Part shown: positions 61,050-64,000 of the stretch, one piece after another
Position numbering within the stretch: the stretch's first letter is position 1
How the letters are laid out: the number at the start of each line of letters is the position of its first letter
From: Squalus acanthias
Lineage: Eukaryota
Assembly (NCBI GenBank): GCA_030390025.1
Contig: JASTWF010000338.1
Coordinates: 248,001-312,000, forward strand
Length of the DNA: 64,000 nucleotides
Direction: 5' to 3'
Notes under the pieces: generated by a model
What the model was told of the DNA's origin: nothing
The model's database searches: none
What the model saw: the letters and a program-made list of their open reading frames with translations, nothing else
Translations under genes and position numbers: made by a program

Positions 61050-64000
61050 GACTGGCATTTATTGCCCATCCCTAGTTGCCCTTGAAAAGGTGGCGGTGAG
61101 CCTTCTTCTTGAACCGCTGCAGTCCATGTGGTGAAAGTTCTCCCACAGCGCTGTTAGGTAGAGAGTTCCAGGAATTTGACCCAGTAATGATGAAGGAACG
61201 ATGATATATGTCCAAGTCAGGATGGTGTGTGACTTGGAGGGTAACTTGAAGGTGGTGGTGTTCCCATGCGCCTGCTGCCCTTGTCCTTCTAGGTGGTGGA
61301 GGTAGTGGGTTTGGGAGGTGCTGTCGAAGAAGCCTTGGCGAGTTGCTGTAGTGCATCTTGTAGATGGTACACACTGCAGCCACGGTGCACCATTGGTGGA
61401 GGGAGTGAATGTTTAAGGTGGTGGATGGGGTGCCAATCAAGCGGGCTGCTTTGTCCTCGATAGTGTCGAGCTTCTTGAGTGTTGTTGGAGCTGCACTCAT
61501 CCAGGTAAGTGGAGAGTATTCCATCACATTCCTGATTTGTGCCTTGTAGATGGTGGAAAGGCTTTGGGGAGACAGGTGGTGAGTCACTCGCCACAGAATA
61601 TCCAACCTCTGACCTGCTCTTGTAGCCACAGTATTTATGTGGCTGGTCCAGTTAAGTTTCTGGTCAATGGTGACCCCTAGGATGTTGATGGTGGGGGATT
61701 TAACGATGGTAATGCTGTTGAATGTCAAGGGGCGGCGGTTAGACTCTCGCTTATTGGAGATAGTCATTGCCTGGCACTTGTGTGACGTGAATGTTACTTG
61801 CCACTTATCAGCCCAAGCCTGAATGTTGTCCAGGTCTTGCTGCATGCGGGCATAGACTATTTCATTATCTGAGTAGTTGGAACTGAATACTGTGCAATCA
61901 TCAGCGAACATCCCCACTTCTGATCTTATGATGGAGGGAAAGTCATTGATGAAGCAACTGAAGATGTTTGGGCCTAGGACACTGCTCTGAGGAACTCCTG
62001 CAGCGATGTCCTGGGGCTGAGATGATTGGCCTCCAACAACCACAGCCATCTTCCTTTGTGCCAGGTATGATTCCAGCCAGTGGAGACTTTTCCCCCCAGT
62101 TCCCATTGACTTCAATTTTACTAGGGCTTCTTGATGCCACACTCGGACAAATGCTGCCTTGATGTCAAGGGCAGTCACTCTCAACTCACTTCTGGAATTC
62201 AGCTCTTTTGTCCATGTTTGGACCAAGGCCGTAATGAGGTCTGAAGCCGAGTGGTCCTGGCAGAACACAAACTAAGCATCGGTGAGCAGGTTACTGGTGA
62301 GTAAGTGCCGCTTGATAGCACTGCCGACGACACCTTCCATCACTTTGCTGATGATTGAGCATAGACTGATGGGGCGGTAATTGGCCGGATTGGATTTGTC
62401 CTGCATTTTGTGGACAGGACATACCTGGGCAATTTTCCACTTTGTTGAATAGTGCTGTAGCTGTACTGGAACAGCTTGGCTAGAGGCATGGTTTGTTCTG
62501 GAGCACATGTCTTCAGCACGATAGCCAGGATGTTGTCAGGGCCCACAGCCTTTGTTGTATCCAGTGCGCTCAGCGGTTTCTTGATATCACGTGGAGTGAA
62601 TCGAATTGGCTGAAGACTGGCTTCTGTGATGGTGGGGACTTCAGGGGGAGGCCGATATGGATCATCCACCTGGCACTTCTGGCTGAAGATGGTTGCAAAC
62701 ACTTCTGCCTTGTCTTTTGAACTCGCGTGCTGGGCTCCACTATCATTGAGGATGGAGATGTTCATGGAGCCTCTTCCTCCCGTTAGTTGTTTAATTGTCC
62801 ACCACCATTCACGACTGGATGTGGCAGGACTGCAGAGCTTTGATCTGATCCATTGGTTGTGGGATCACTTAGCTCTTTCTATAGCATGCTGCTTCCGCTG
62901 TTTAGCATGCATGTATCCTGTGTTGCAGCTTCACCAGGTTGCCACCTCATTTTTAGGTACACCTGGTGCTGCTCCTGGCATACTCTTCTACATTCCTCAT
63001 TAAACCAGGGCTGGTCCCCTGGCTTGATGGTAATGGTCGAGTGAGGGATATGCCAGGGCATGAGGTCACAGATTGTGGTGGAGTACAATTCTGCTGCTGC
63101 TGATGGCCCACAGCGCCTCATGGATGCCCAGTTTGAGCTGCTAGATCTGTTCTGAATCTATCCCATTTAGCACGGTGGTAGAGCCACACAACACGATGGA
63201 GGGTGTCCTCAGTGTGAAGATGGGACTTCGTCTCCACAAGGACTGTGCAGTGGTCACTCCATGGACAGATACATCTGCGACAGGTAGACTGGTGAGGATG
63301 AGGTCAAGTAGGTTTTTCCCTCGTGTTGGTTCTCTCACCACCTGCTGCAGGCCCAGACTGGCAGCTATGTCCTTCAGGAATCGGCCAACTCGGTCAGTAG
63401 TGGTGCTACCGAGCCACGCTTGGTGATGGACATTGAAGTCCCCCACCCAGAGTACATTCTGTGCCCTTGCTACCCTCAATGCTTCTTCCAAATGTTGTTC
63501 AACGTGGAAGAGTACTGATTCATCAGCTGAGGGAGGGCGGTAGGTAGTAATCAGCAGGAGGTTTCCTAGCCCATGTTTGACCTCATGCCATGAGACTTCA
63601 TGGGGTCCAGAGTCAATGTTGTGAACTCCCAGGGCCACACCCCACTGTGTCAGCACCTCTATTGGGTCTGTCCTGCTGGTGGGACAGGACATACTCAGGG
63701 TTGGAGATGGAAGAGTCTGGAAGGTATGATTCTGTGAGTATGACTATGTCAGGTTGTTGCTTGACTAGTCTGTGGGACACTTCCAATTTTGACACAAGTC
63801 CCCAGATGTTATTGAGAAGGACTTTGCAGGGTCGACTGGGCTGGGTGCGCCTTTGTCGTGTCCGGTGCCTAGGTCGATGCCGGGTGCTCCGTCCGGTTTT
63901 ATTGTTAATGTACTTCTTTGTCGGGGTTTGGTACAATTGAATGGCTTGCTCGGTTATTTCAGAGGGCAGTTAAGAGTCAACCACATTGCTGTGGGTCTGG
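61050..64000 (-). mobile_element. LINE ORF2 (APE + RT), CR1/L2 group (Crack/Daphne-like), decayed; tail-to-tail short copy at 60866-61045
   Basis: PDIVILTES, YRPPS, WVGDFNVHH, NYRPISL, ALDIKAAF, GVPQ.SVLGP and FADD. Confidence 0.9.

Overview
Vertebrate genomic DNA, very likely from a cartilaginous fish (shark), judging by its repeat families. The window is mostly transposable elements: nested CR1 and L2-group LINEs, Penelope elements with minimal hammerhead ribozymes, PIF/Harbinger and hAT MITEs, and a complete but decayed CsRN1-like Gypsy LTR retrotransposon. It also holds a ~12 kb 34-bp satellite ending at a 200-N gap. The only host coding exon I recognise is a 160-bp fibulin-7 (fbln7-like) exon on the minus strand (54403-54562). 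The most notable feature is a 6.6 kb LTR-less endogenous retrovirus-like element (26241-32888, minus) with lokiretrovirus-like architecture. It has a CCHC gag ending in a UGA-CUAG readthrough-type context in frame with protease, then RT, a tether plus second RNase H, and integrase. A splice acceptor precedes an envelope that joins a signal peptide and an Ig-like domain to a furin-cleaved class I fusion-like protein. More decayed relics of related elements lie at ~7259-10390 and ~2090-2405. All family assignments come from motif recognition by eye; no searches were run.
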